Assembly: GCA_037444165.1 (NCBI GenBank)
Contig: JBBIMX010000004.1
Location: forward strand, 19-64,018
DNA: 64,000 bases
Direction of reading: 5' to 3'
DNA from: Deltaproteobacteria bacterium
Lineage (GTDB): Bacteria > Desulfobacterota > BSN033 > UBA1163
The notes under the pieces are model-generated. The model was not told the origin of the DNA. It worked only from the letters and a program-made list of their open reading frames with translations, and made no database searches. The position numbers and the translations under genes were made by a program. The stretch's first letter is position 1; the number at the start of each line of letters is the position of its first letter. Positions 1 to 9,073 of the stretch are shown here, piece by piece.

Positions 1-68
1 TGACTGTTTGCGAGATTATAATAAAATATAAAATCAATCCCTGAAACGAAGGAGCAGAAAAAAAACAG

Positions 69-1091
69 ATGGAAGATAGAATCCTAATCGTCGATGATGA
101 AGAAGTGGTCTGCCATATTTTAGACAAAAGACTGACCATGGAAGGCTACCTCTGTACCACTTCCAACAATGGAAAGGAAGCCCTCACTCACTTCTATAAA
201 GAATCTTTTTCCATTATTATCTCGGACATCAAAATGCCCGAGATGAACGGAATAGAGCTTCTAAAAAGGGTCAAGGCCATCCATCCCAGGATGAAGATGA
301 TCATGGTCACCGCTTATCCAGATATAGATATGGCCGTGGAGGCCATGCGGCTGGGGGCCTACGACTTTCTCATCAAACCAGTGGATTTAGAACTGGTCGT
401 TCTCAGCGTAAAGAGGGCTCTGGAGAGTAAGCGTCTTGAGGAAGAAATCGAATCCTATCACAATCGATTGGAGGAGTTAGTCGAGGAGAGGACGGCAAAA
501 CTCCAGCAGGCCTATCGGGTTCTTAAAAAAGCCCATCTCGATTCGGTAAAGGTTCTTGCCGAGGCCATTGATGCAAAGGATCCCTATACTCGAGGACATT
601 CCGATCGGGTAAAACGAATGAGTTTAAGTATCGCTCGGGGATTGGGATTTTCAGAAGAAAGATTGGAAGCCCTTGAATATGGCGCCTTACTTCATGATAT
701 CGGAAAGATAGGGATCAAAGACGAAATCCTTCAAAAGCAAGGGCCTCTGAGCCCTGAGGAGTATCGAATCATTCAGGCCCATCCCCTCATAGGAGAAAAG
801 ATTGTGGAGGGGGTCGAATTTTTTCGAGACAAGATCCCTATGATTCGTCATCATCACGAACATTATGATGGGAATGGATATCCGGATGGACTGGCCGGAG
901 AGCAGATTCCTCTCGAAGCCAGAATCATCACCGTGCCCGATGCCTTTGACGCGATGACCAGTATTAGACCTCATCGAAAGGCAAGGCCTCTGCAGGAAGT
1001 TTTGGAGGAGCTGGAGAAGTTTAAAGGGACCCAATTTGACCCTCAAATTCTCGATTATTTTATAAAGGAAAAGGTTTATAAACTCTTATAA
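69..1091 (+). CDS. Two-component response regulator with an N-terminal receiver (REC) domain and a C-terminal HD-GYP phosphodiesterase domain
   Basis: The N-terminus (ILIVDDEEVV...DIKMPEMNG) is a CheY-like receiver. The C-terminus carries HD-GYP motifs (HDIGK, HHHEHYDGNGYP). A coiled-coil linker joins them. Confidence 0.8.
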   Translation: MEDRILIVDDEEVVCHILDKRLTMEGYLCTTSNNGKEALTHFYKESFSIIISDIKMPEMNGIELLKRVKAIHPRMKMIMVTAYPDIDMAVEAMRLGAYDFLIKPVDLELVVLSVKRALESKRLEEEIESYHNRLEELVEERTAKLQQAYRVLKKAHLDSVKVLAEAIDAKDPYTRGHSDRVKRMSLSIARGLGFSEERLEALEYGALLHDIGKIGIKDEILQKQGPLSPEEYRIIQAHPLIGEKIVEGVEFFRDKIPMIRHHHEHYDGNGYPDGLAGEQIPLEARIITVPDAFDAMTSIRPHRKARPLQEVLEELEKFKGTQFDPQILDYFIKEKVYKLL

Positions 1092-1100
1092 CGATAAGAG

Positions 1101-2087
1101 ATGCCTGCCAATTTAACCCCAGAATATTTAGAAGCTGAGGCCAAATTTAAACAGGCAAAGACCATTCCAGATAAAATCAAAGCTCTGGAAGTCATGCTGG
1201 CGGTCATCCCGAAACACAAGGGAACCGAAAAGATGCGGGCTCAACTCAGGAGCAGGATGGCTAAGCTGAAAGAAGAGCTCCATCGAAAACCTACCATTTC
1301 CCGGGCAGAACAGGCTTTTAATATCAAGAAAGAAGGGGCGGGGCAGGTGATTCTATTGGGTCTCCCTAATGCAGGGAAGTCGAGCCTTTTTTCGAAGGTG
1401 ACCAATGCCCCCTCCGAAATAGGGGATTATCCCTTTACGACTCAAAAACCGATCCCAGGAATGATGCGATTCGAAAATATTCAGATTCAATTGGTAGATA
1501 CCCCTCCCCTTCAATTGGATCATATCGAACCTGGATTCCCAAACCTCATTCGGAATGGAGATGCCCTTCTCATTGTGTTAGATCTTGGAGACGACCCTCT
1601 TTTCCAGATGGAGGTTTTAACGGAAATCTTAAAGGAGATGAAGATAAAGATGATTGGAAGAGAACAGGCCTCCCCACCAGAGGTAGGATGGGTCTGTAAA
1701 AAAAGTCTTCTCATCGGGAATAAATGTGATCTTCCAGAGGGGATGAGAGAATACAGAAAGCTGGAAGAGCAGGTGAATGGAATCTTTCCCCTCCTCCCCA
1801 TCTCCACTCGAGGGGAGATGAATTTCGAAGAGATGAAGAGAGAGATCTATCTCCTTCTCGATATTATTCGGGTTTATACAAAAGCCCCTGGCAAGGAACC
1901 CGATTACACTGAACCCGTCATCCTAAAAAAAGGGAGCACGGTAGAAGACGTGGCCCTCTCCATCCATAAGGAGTTTGCTCAAAAACTTCGCTATGCGAGA
2001 ATATGGGGATCCGGAAAGTTTGGTGGCCAGATGGTGAAGCGGGATTTCCCCGTCCAAGAAGGAGACGTGGTGGAGCTCCATATCTAA
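1101..2087 (+). CDS. DRG/Obg-related GTPase with a C-terminal TGS domain (COG1163-like)
   Basis: G1 motif GLPNAGKSSLFS, DxxG motif LVDTPP and NKxD motif GNKCDL are present. The C-terminus is a TGS-like beta-grasp (VILKKGSTVEDVALSIHKEF...). The N-terminus is the helical DRG type. Confidence 0.7.
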   Translation: MPANLTPEYLEAEAKFKQAKTIPDKIKALEVMLAVIPKHKGTEKMRAQLRSRMAKLKEELHRKPTISRAEQAFNIKKEGAGQVILLGLPNAGKSSLFSKVTNAPSEIGDYPFTTQKPIPGMMRFENIQIQLVDTPPLQLDHIEPGFPNLIRNGDALLIVLDLGDDPLFQMEVLTEILKEMKIKMIGREQASPPEVGWVCKKSLLIGNKCDLPEGMREYRKLEEQVNGIFPLLPISTRGEMNFEEMKREIYLLLDIIRVYTKAPGKEPDYTEPVILKKGSTVEDVALSIHKEFAQKLRYARIWGSGKFGGQMVKRDFPVQEGDVVELHI

Positions 2088-2974
2088 TGCCGAAAGAAAA
2101 GCACCTCATTAACTCTTTTACGAGAAGAATTTTTTTGCGATGGATTTTAGGTCTCTCCCTTCTTCCTTTCTTGCCTCTCCATTTCTCTGAAATCGGGGCG
2201 AATCCCTATTCTTCCTTAAGAGGAGAACGCCTCTCCATAGGAAGGTTTTTCAATGGAGAGGAGTTAAGCTATGAGATTGGATTTTGGTTATTTACTCGAG
2301 CAGCCGTAGGAAAGCTCTCCTTTAGAGAGATGGAACAGAAAGGTCACTATCTCTCCACCCTTCAGGGTGAAACCCTGGGTGTCCTGGGATTTATCTCTCG
2401 ATATCGAGTGGATACCTACCGGGCAATGATGATGGAGGTGGAAGATGGGAATCGACTTCGCCCCCTTCGATTTGAAGAGGAGATAAAAATTGGAGATAGG
2501 TTTAGGAGAAGAACCTATCTCTTCGATTATCAAAAAATGAAGATGATTCGATTGAGGCAGAGAAAGGATGGGACCATAGAAAGAAGAGAGGAAGGGATTC
2601 CTCAGGGAAGAATCTATGATGATTTTCTTACGGCCTCGTATAATTTTCGCTATGGGGTCTATGGAGAGATCGAAAGGGGAAGAACCTATAAGATCCCAAC
2701 TTTCCCTAAAAAGGGACAGTTTCATTATGAAGTAAGGATAGGTTCTAAGGAAGAGGAAGAGAAGAAAAGGGGGGCTAAGAAAGAGAAAGGAGAAAGGGAA
2801 TATTATGTGACCCTTTACTTAGACCCCGAGATTACCCATTCAAAAGAGGGGCTCATTGAAGGATGGCTATCAAAAGAACTCATCCCGGTGGAAGGCAGAA
2901 TTCCAGATGTCATCCTCTTTGGAGATGTAAAAGGAAGACTCGTAGAGGCCAACACGTCTATGGGGACAAGGTAG
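2087..2974 (+). CDS. Hypothetical exported or membrane-anchored protein, possibly DUF3108-like, with an E/K-rich insert
   Basis: The ORF-track start at 2003 overlaps the upstream GTPase. An ATG at 2087 overlaps the upstream TAA as TAATG and gives an N-terminal hydrophobic segment (FLRWILGLSLLPFLPL). No catalytic motif was recognised. Confidence 0.45.
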   Translation: MPKEKHLINSFTRRIFLRWILGLSLLPFLPLHFSEIGANPYSSLRGERLSIGRFFNGEELSYEIGFWLFTRAAVGKLSFREMEQKGHYLSTLQGETLGVLGFISRYRVDTYRAMMMEVEDGNRLRPLRFEEEIKIGDRFRRRTYLFDYQKMKMIRLRQRKDGTIERREEGIPQGRIYDDFLTASYNFRYGVYGEIERGRTYKIPTFPKKGQFHYEVRIGSKEEEEKKRGAKKEKGEREYYVTLYLDPEITHSKEGLIEGWLSKELIPVEGRIPDVILFGDVKGRLVEANTSMGTR

Positions 2975-3196
2975 ATGGATACCCGCTCTCTCTTTTTAAG
3001 AGTTCCGAGGAAGGAGATTGCCTATCTTAAATTTATTATAGAATCCTATGAAGGGATGGCCGTGATAAGGACGAAAGACCCCTGTCAAGCGATTGTGGAA
3101 TTGATGATTGCACCGGGTTGGGAGAAAGAGGTGGAGGCCCTCTTAGAAGACCTCCAAAAAGAGATTCCGATGGAGAGAGTGGAGGGGGAGGAATAG
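2975..3196 (+). CDS. Small conserved hypothetical protein of 73 aa
   Basis: It is tightly packed with a 0 bp gap after the upstream gene and before tldD. It has no anomalous composition. Its function is unknown. Confidence 0.4.
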   Translation: MDTRSLFLRVPRKEIAYLKFIIESYEGMAVIRTKDPCQAIVELMIAPGWEKEVEALLEDLQKEIPMERVEGEE

Positions 3197-4618
3197 ATGA
3201 AAACGGATCTTAACTTTCAGAAGATCCTGAAAGAGGCCTTGAGAGAGGGTGGAGAATTTTCAGACCTTTACCTTGAAGAGACCCACTCCACATTCATTGT
3301 GTGTGAAGAGGATCGAATCGAGAAGATGATCTCTGGCCAGGACCTGGGGGCAGGACTTCGTGTGATCCATCAAGGAAGGACCTTTTATAGTTTTACGAAT
3401 CGAATCACGGAAAAGGATCTCCTTCAATTGGGAGATCTCCTCTGCCATTCCATTAGGGAAGAAAAAGGAGAGGAGGAGGTTTTTATCCATTCCCCAATTC
3501 CCTTTCCTCAACCCCTCGTCCTTCCTTCCCCCTCTCTCATTGAGAGGGATCCCGATGGAATTTCAATTCATGAAAAAGTGTCGATGGTGAAAAGGGCAAA
3601 TGATTTAGCCCGAAGGCTGGATCCTCGTATTCAACAAGTAAAAGTCCTTTATCGGGACTATACCCAGAGCCTCGCGATTATCAATTCAGAGGGGAAATGG
3701 GTGGAAGGAATAAGAAAGGGAATCCTTTTCTCTGTCCAGATCGTCTCAAAAAAAGACGATCTCATTCAAACTGGATATGAGCCTGTTGGAGGAACCATGG
3801 GGTTTGAGCTCTTCGACCTTTATTCTCCCGAGGAAGTGGCAGAGGTAGCGGCTAAAAGATCCCTTCTGATGTTATCGGCAAGGTTGGCTCCAATGGGGAG
3901 AATGACCGTCGTCCTTTCGAGTGAAGCAGGAGGAACCATGATTCATGAAGCGGTAGGACACGGTCTTGAGGCAGATCTGGCTCAACAGGGACTTTCGGTT
4001 TATTCCAATAGAATTGGTGAAAAGGTTGCCTCTTCATTGATTACGGTTGTGGATGATCCTACATTGCCAAACAAGAGGGGTTCTTACGGATTTGATGATG
4101 AAGGAGTTCCTTCCCAAAGGACCATCTTGGTCGAAGAAGGAATTCTAAAAGGGTATCTCTATGACCGCCTGACTGCCCTTAAGGCAGGGGTGTCTTCCAC
4201 GGGAAATGGAAGAAGAGAATCTTATCATCATAAGCCTATTCCGAGGATGAGCAACACCTTGATTCTACCCGGGAAGATGAAGCCCGAAGAGATTGTTCAT
4301 TCTGTGGAGAAAGGACTATGGGTGAAGAAGATGGGAGGAGGGCAGGTCAACACGGTTAACGGGGATTTTGTCTTTGAAGTCAACGAAGGATACTTGATCG
4401 AGAAAGGAGAGATTGGAGAACCTGTTCGTGGAGCCATTCTCATTGGAAATGGTCCCCAGATCCTTAAAGAGATTGATATGGTGGGAGAGGATCTTGGATT
4501 CGGGATAGGGACATGCGGCAAAGAGGGTCAAGGGGTTCCTGTTTCAGATGCTCAGCCCACGATCAGGATTCCAGAAATCATTGTGGGTGGCCGGGAATCC
4601 TCCGATTCATTAAATTGA
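3197..4618 (+). CDS. tldD: Metalloprotease TldD (TldD/PmbA family)
   Basis: The HEAVGHGLE zinc motif is present. Length and N-terminus match TldD, and similarity runs the full length. Confidence 0.8.
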   Translation: MKTDLNFQKILKEALREGGEFSDLYLEETHSTFIVCEEDRIEKMISGQDLGAGLRVIHQGRTFYSFTNRITEKDLLQLGDLLCHSIREEKGEEEVFIHSPIPFPQPLVLPSPSLIERDPDGISIHEKVSMVKRANDLARRLDPRIQQVKVLYRDYTQSLAIINSEGKWVEGIRKGILFSVQIVSKKDDLIQTGYEPVGGTMGFELFDLYSPEEVAEVAAKRSLLMLSARLAPMGRMTVVLSSEAGGTMIHEAVGHGLEADLAQQGLSVYSNRIGEKVASSLITVVDDPTLPNKRGSYGFDDEGVPSQRTILVEEGILKGYLYDRLTALKAGVSSTGNGRRESYHHKPIPRMSNTLILPGKMKPEEIVHSVEKGLWVKKMGGGQVNTVNGDFVFEVNEGYLIEKGEIGEPVRGAILIGNGPQILKEIDMVGEDLGFGIGTCGKEGQGVPVSDAQPTIRIPEIIVGGRESSDSLN

Positions 4619-4627
4619 AATGAGGAC

Positions 4628-5968
4628 CTATTCTTTTAGGGTGACTTTTTCTGAGATGTCTGCTTTCACCTTCGAGATTCTTTGTCCAAACATTTCTACA
4701 ATCTGAAGTCTTTTGCCCTCCACCTCCACGGTATCACCTACCTGGGGAATCTTCTGCAACATGGTCATTAGGAATCCCCCCAGGGTCTCATATTCAGGAG
4801 ACTCAGGAAGAGAGATATGATAATCCTCTTTTAAATCCCTGAGGGCGATCGATGCATCAATTAAAAAGGTCCCATCTTTGAGTTGGATGACCGGGCTTTC
4901 GATATCGTATTCGTCCCGAATCTCACCCACCAATTCTTCAAGAAGATCCTCGATCGTCACCAGACCTGAGATCCCTCCGTATTCATCCACCAGGAAGGCC
5001 ATGTGGGTTCTTCGCCTCTGCATCTCTCCTAAGAGGAGGCTCAATCTCATCGTCTCTGGAATAAAAAAGGGAGGTTTCATCAATTTTCGAATATCCACCT
5101 GAGGGGTTTTTGTAAGGAGGGTCAAAAAATCTTTCGCATGGAGAACCCCTCGAATATCTTGAAGGTCTTTTCCATAGATAGGATAACGAGAAAACTGTTC
5201 CTCTTCGATCATCATTCTAATCTCCTCGGGAGATTTATCGATCTGAATCCCTACGATTTGGGTGATGGGAACCATCACCTCCTTGGCAGACATATCTGTA
5301 AATTCAAACACACTTTGAAGAATCTTCTCCTCTGTGGGATCGAATACCCCGTGCTTCCCACCCTCTTTGATGAGCATCCTCACCTCCTCTTCGGTAATAT
5401 AGGCCCTTTCTGTAAAGGGTTTTCTTCCGAAGGGACTGAGCACAATGGAGGTGCTCAGCGTCAATAACTTTACAAATAGGAAGGCCATCTTAGAGAAGGC
5501 CTCGATGGTTCTTGCCGTAAAGAGCCCAATGGTTTCAGGATGTCTCAGGGCAATCGATTTTGGGACGAGCTCTCCGAAAATCACGGAAAAATAGGTGATC
5601 GCAAGAACCACCATTCCAATCGCAATCGGTTCTGCTCCCAATGAGACCATTTTTATAGGAACGAGCTGAAGAGCAGGTTTAAGGATTTTGATTGCAGCCG
5701 CCCCTCCAACAGCAGAGGCGAGGGCACTGACGGCCGTGATTCCAATCTGGATGGTGGCCAAGAAACGGTCAGGTTCCTCCTTGAGCTTGAGAAAGATCTT
5801 TGCATTCCTATTCCCCGTTTCCACCAATTTCTGAATACGACTTTTCCTCGCCGTGACCACGGCGATTTCTGTTCCTGCCAAATAGCCATTTAAAAGGATA
5901 AGGAGACCAATGAGCAATATCTCCTCAACGAGTTCTTCCATAAAACCCTCCACATTTTCTTTGAGCAA
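4628..5968 (-). CDS. CNNM/HlyC-CorC family transporter (DUF21 transmembrane domain, CBS pair and CorC_HlyC domain)
   Basis: An N-terminal 4-TM DUF21 domain is followed by tandem CBS domains and a C-terminal CorC/HlyC transporter-associated domain. Confidence 0.75.
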   Translation of the reverse strand: MLKENVEGFMEELVEEILLIGLLILLNGYLAGTEIAVVTARKSRIQKLVETGNRNAKIFLKLKEEPDRFLATIQIGITAVSALASAVGGAAAIKILKPALQLVPIKMVSLGAEPIAIGMVVLAITYFSVIFGELVPKSIALRHPETIGLFTARTIEAFSKMAFLFVKLLTLSTSIVLSPFGRKPFTERAYITEEEVRMLIKEGGKHGVFDPTEEKILQSVFEFTDMSAKEVMVPITQIVGIQIDKSPEEIRMMIEEEQFSRYPIYGKDLQDIRGVLHAKDFLTLLTKTPQVDIRKLMKPPFFIPETMRLSLLLGEMQRRRTHMAFLVDEYGGISGLVTIEDLLEELVGEIRDEYDIESPVIQLKDGTFLIDASIALRDLKEDYHISLPESPEYETLGGFLMTMLQKIPQVGDTVEVEGKRLQIVEMFGQRISKVKADISEKVTLKE

Positions 5969-6021
5969 GAAGAAAGGCTTGAAGCCTTAAAGGGTGGTTC
6001 GATCGAGAAGATGAAGCGGCT

Positions 6022-7188
6022 TTAAAATTCGATTTTTTTGAGTCGTTCAATGGCTTCCCTCAATCTCGATTCATCTACCGTAAGGGCCATTCGAATATAC
6101 CCTTCCCCAGCCTCTCCAAATCCATTCCCAGGAGTGACCACGATTCCTGCTTTTTCAAGAAGCAAGCTTGAAAATTGGGCTGAGCTATATCCCTTTGGGA
6201 TCGGAACCCATAGGTAGAAGGTGGCCTTAGGGATTTCTACTTCCAATCCAATCTCTCTAAGCCCTCCAACCATCAGGTCTCTTCGTCTTTGATAAATTTG
6301 GGTCGTTTCAGGGATGGGAGTATCGAAGTGGGTGAGGGCCAGAACGCCTGCCTCCTGGATCGCCTGAAAGAGTCCAGAATCGATATTGGTCTTTACTCTT
6401 CCCAGCCCAGCGATGATTTGAGCATTTCCAACGGCAAAACCAATTCTCCAGCCCGTCATATTGAAGGTTTTTGATAGGCTATGAAATTCAATTCCTAATT
6501 CCTTTGCCCCTTCAACCTCAAAAAAGCTTAGAGGACGATATCCATCAAAAGCCAATTCAGAATAGGCAGCATCATGACACACAATGACCTGGTATCGGCG
6601 TGCGAAGGTGACCACCTCTTCAAAGAAGGCCCTCTCGGCAATCGCTGAGGTGGGATTGTTGGGATAGTTAATGAAAAGAAGCTTTGTTTTCTCTGCTACC
6701 TCTTTTGGAACGTCTGAAAGTTTCGGAAGAAAGCCGTTCTCTTTGAGAAGGGGGAGAAAGTAAGGGATTCCCCCTGCAAAGAGAGTAGAAACCCGATAGA
6801 CCGGATATCCCGGGCTGGGAACAAGGACATAATCCCCTGGATTGACAAAAGCCAGTGGAATATGGGCAATCCCTTCTTTGGATCCGATGAGCGTCAGAAT
6901 TTCGGTCTCGGGATCAAAGGTGAGATGAAACCTCTTCTCGAACCATTGGGCTACGGCTCTCCGAAATTCAATCATTCCCTCGTAGGAAGGATAGCGATGA
7001 TTCTTCGGATCTTCAGAAGCTTTTTTGAGTTGGTCGATGATGGGTTTGGGAGTGGGAAGATCGGGGTCGCCCACTCCGAGATCAATAAGGTCCACTCCCT
7101 TTTTTTTCATCTCGGCTTTCTTCTTATCGATTTCGGCAAAGAGATAGGGAGGAATTTGATGAATTCGCTCTGCATATTCAATTTTCAT
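6022..7188 (-). CDS. dapL: LL-diaminopimelate aminotransferase-like class I aminotransferase
   Basis: The N-terminus (YLFAEIDKKKAEMKKKGVDLIDLGVGDPDLPTP) is DapL-like. The PLP-lysine region (SLSKTFNMTGWRIG) is present. Length is about 388 aa. Confidence 0.65.
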   Translation of the reverse strand: MKIEYAERIHQIPPYLFAEIDKKKAEMKKKGVDLIDLGVGDPDLPTPKPIIDQLKKASEDPKNHRYPSYEGMIEFRRAVAQWFEKRFHLTFDPETEILTLIGSKEGIAHIPLAFVNPGDYVLVPSPGYPVYRVSTLFAGGIPYFLPLLKENGFLPKLSDVPKEVAEKTKLLFINYPNNPTSAIAERAFFEEVVTFARRYQVIVCHDAAYSELAFDGYRPLSFFEVEGAKELGIEFHSLSKTFNMTGWRIGFAVGNAQIIAGLGRVKTNIDSGLFQAIQEAGVLALTHFDTPIPETTQIYQRRRDLMVGGLREIGLEVEIPKATFYLWVPIPKGYSSAQFSSLLLEKAGIVVTPGNGFGEAGEGYIRMALTVDESRLREAIERLKKIEF

Positions 7189-7405
7189 CTCTCTTCCTTT
7201 CTTTAATTTTTAATCTCTTTCGATCCCTCACCCTTCTCCCCATCCCGTGGGAGAGAGGATCGAGTAGAATTAACCCTAAAATGTTTATCGAGAATATATC
7301 TTATGGGTTTTTAGGCAGAAATTCAAGGGAAACCATTTTACTCAATACCCCTCTCGGGCTTATTCCCCATCTGAGTGAGGGGTTACCAAGAGAGATATGT
7401 TTATA

Positions 7406-7434
7406 TTGACATCATTCCTTCTTCCTATCATAAT
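7406..7434 (+). promoter_or_regulatory. Sigma70-type promoter: TTGACA at 7406-7411, a 17 nt spacer, and CATAAT at 7429-7434
   Basis: A consensus -35 hexamer with optimal spacing to a near-consensus -10 hexamer lies 28 nt upstream of the 7463 start. Confidence 0.5.
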
Positions 7435-7462
7435 TTAGAAGCCATTCTGTAAAAATGATGGT

Positions 7463-9001
7463 ATGAAAAAGAGAGCTTTTCTAATCCCTTTTTTAATCCC
7501 TTCGATCTTTTTTCTCTTTTTTGGATGTGCCGGAAAGGAGAAAGAGATCAAAACCATAAAAGGAGATCCTGAACTCCTTTACAAGCAGGGTTTGGTTCAG
7601 TTCAATAAAAGAAATTACACCGAGGCCTTAAAAATATTCGAGCAAATCAAATCGACCTTTCCGGACAGTCCCCCCTACAGCCTCTGGGCTGAATTAAAGA
7701 TCGGAGACTGTCATTTCTTTAAAGAGGAATATGTAGAAGCGATAGCGGCCTATGAAGAATTTAAGAAGGCTCACCCGACTCATGAGGAGATTCCTTACGT
7801 CTATTATCAAATCGGAATGGCCTACTTTCTTCAAATGCGAAGCGAAGATCGGGATCAGACAAACACCCGAAAGGCCCTCTCTACTTTTGAATATCTCATC
7901 CATAATTTCCCGCCAAGCCTCTTTACCGAGAAGGCCCAGGAGAAGGTAAGGGTCTGCAGAAGGCAACTGGCCGATCATGAATTCTATATCGGGAACTTCT
8001 ACTATAAAGAACGCAAATATCAAGCCGCCGCAGCACGATTTGAGGGATTGCTCGAAAAGTTTCCAGAAAAAGACGGACAGGATAGGACGCTCTATCTCTT
8101 AGGGAAATGTTATCTTGAACTTCATCAACCGGAGAAAGCCAGGGAGGCTTTTCAGAAGATTGTTGAGGGATACCCGAAGAGTGCCTATTTCAAAGAAGCT
8201 AAAGCGATTCTGGATCAGGGAGTTCAAGAGAGGAAGCCTTCTCCAAGAACTAAGTCCATAGACCCCAAACAGAGGGTGGAGGAAAGCAAGGGACCTTTCC
8301 TCGTCCGATTTGAAGAGGAAGGAAGAAGACTCCTCTCCTTTCGAGAGGAAAGGCATGATCGATCTCCTCAAAGCCCCCCTGTGGAGGGGGAGTTAAAACC
8401 AGAAGAAGAGAAGAGGGCGCTCCTTCTGTCCAAGACTTCGGTTGAAAGAGAAGAAAGGAAATCTCAAGGAAACCCATTCATGGATATGGAGGCTCCGAAG
8501 AGAGAAGAACCTATAAGAGAGAAAAAAGAAGAGAAATCTCCAAGAGAAAAGGTCTTAAGAGAGACAGAAAGAGTGGAGGCTCGGGATTTTGAATACCCCA
8601 TCGATATTACTTCTGATAGGGTGGAGGGCTATTTAAAAGAAAATCTAATCATCTTTAAAGGGAATGTCATCGCCCGGCAAAAAGAGATAGTCCTCTACTG
8701 TGATGCTCTGGAGGCAATCCTTGGAGAGGATGGAAAGGGCATCGAAAGGGTGATTGCAAGTGGAAATGTTAAGATCCAGCAAGGGGCTCGTGTAGCCAGT
8801 AGTGAAAAAGCAATATTCTATAATCGTGAGCAAAAGATCATCCTCACAGGGAATCCTAAAATCTCCGAGGATGAGAATCTGGTCTCTGGAGAAGAAATTC
8901 TTGTTGACCTTGAAAAGAATCGAGTGGAGGTAAAGGGGGGATCAGATAGGAGAGGGAAGGTAAAGGTCATTCCAAAAGAGGAATCAGAAAAAACCAGATG
9001 A
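7463..9001 (+). CDS. BamD-like TPR lipoprotein fused through an E/K/R-rich linker to a C-terminal LptA/OstA-like domain
   Basis: A lipobox (FFLFFGCAG) is followed by BamD/YfiO-like TPR repeats and then a low-complexity linker of about 130 aa. The C-terminal 125 aa match the OstA_N/LptA beta-jellyroll (ITSDRVEGY...GNVIARQ...ASGNVKIQQG...ILTGNPKI). Confidence 0.6.
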   Translation: MKKRAFLIPFLIPSIFFLFFGCAGKEKEIKTIKGDPELLYKQGLVQFNKRNYTEALKIFEQIKSTFPDSPPYSLWAELKIGDCHFFKEEYVEAIAAYEEFKKAHPTHEEIPYVYYQIGMAYFLQMRSEDRDQTNTRKALSTFEYLIHNFPPSLFTEKAQEKVRVCRRQLADHEFYIGNFYYKERKYQAAAARFEGLLEKFPEKDGQDRTLYLLGKCYLELHQPEKAREAFQKIVEGYPKSAYFKEAKAILDQGVQERKPSPRTKSIDPKQRVEESKGPFLVRFEEEGRRLLSFREERHDRSPQSPPVEGELKPEEEKRALLLSKTSVEREERKSQGNPFMDMEAPKREEPIREKKEEKSPREKVLRETERVEARDFEYPIDITSDRVEGYLKENLIIFKGNVIARQKEIVLYCDALEAILGEDGKGIERVIASGNVKIQQGARVASSEKAIFYNREQKIILTGNPKISEDENLVSGEEILVDLEKNRVEVKGGSDRRGKVKVIPKEESEKTR

Positions 9002-9073
9002 GGGGCGATTCAGGCTGTTTGACAAATTTAAAAAAATCTAATAATATAAATAACTTGTAACTTAAAAAAATTT

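Noticed and set aside
687-1046. Antisense ORFs inside confirmed genes. Examples are 687-1046(-), 1520-1807(-), 2288-2725(-), 13619-13993(-), 25160-25705(+), 28434-28943(+), 39608-40477(-), 41966-42388(+) and 52652-53218(-).
   Set aside because: They lie entirely within, and opposite or out of frame to, long ORFs with clear family signatures. Their translations are low-complexity (Arg/Ser/Pro/Gly-rich). They are shadow ORFs, not genes.
2003-2086. N-terminal 28 codons of ORF 2003-2974 overlapping the GTPase gene
   Set aside because: An in-frame ATG at 2087 overlaps the upstream TAA as TAATG and begins the hydrophobic N-terminus. The upstream part would overlap the GTPase by 85 nt.
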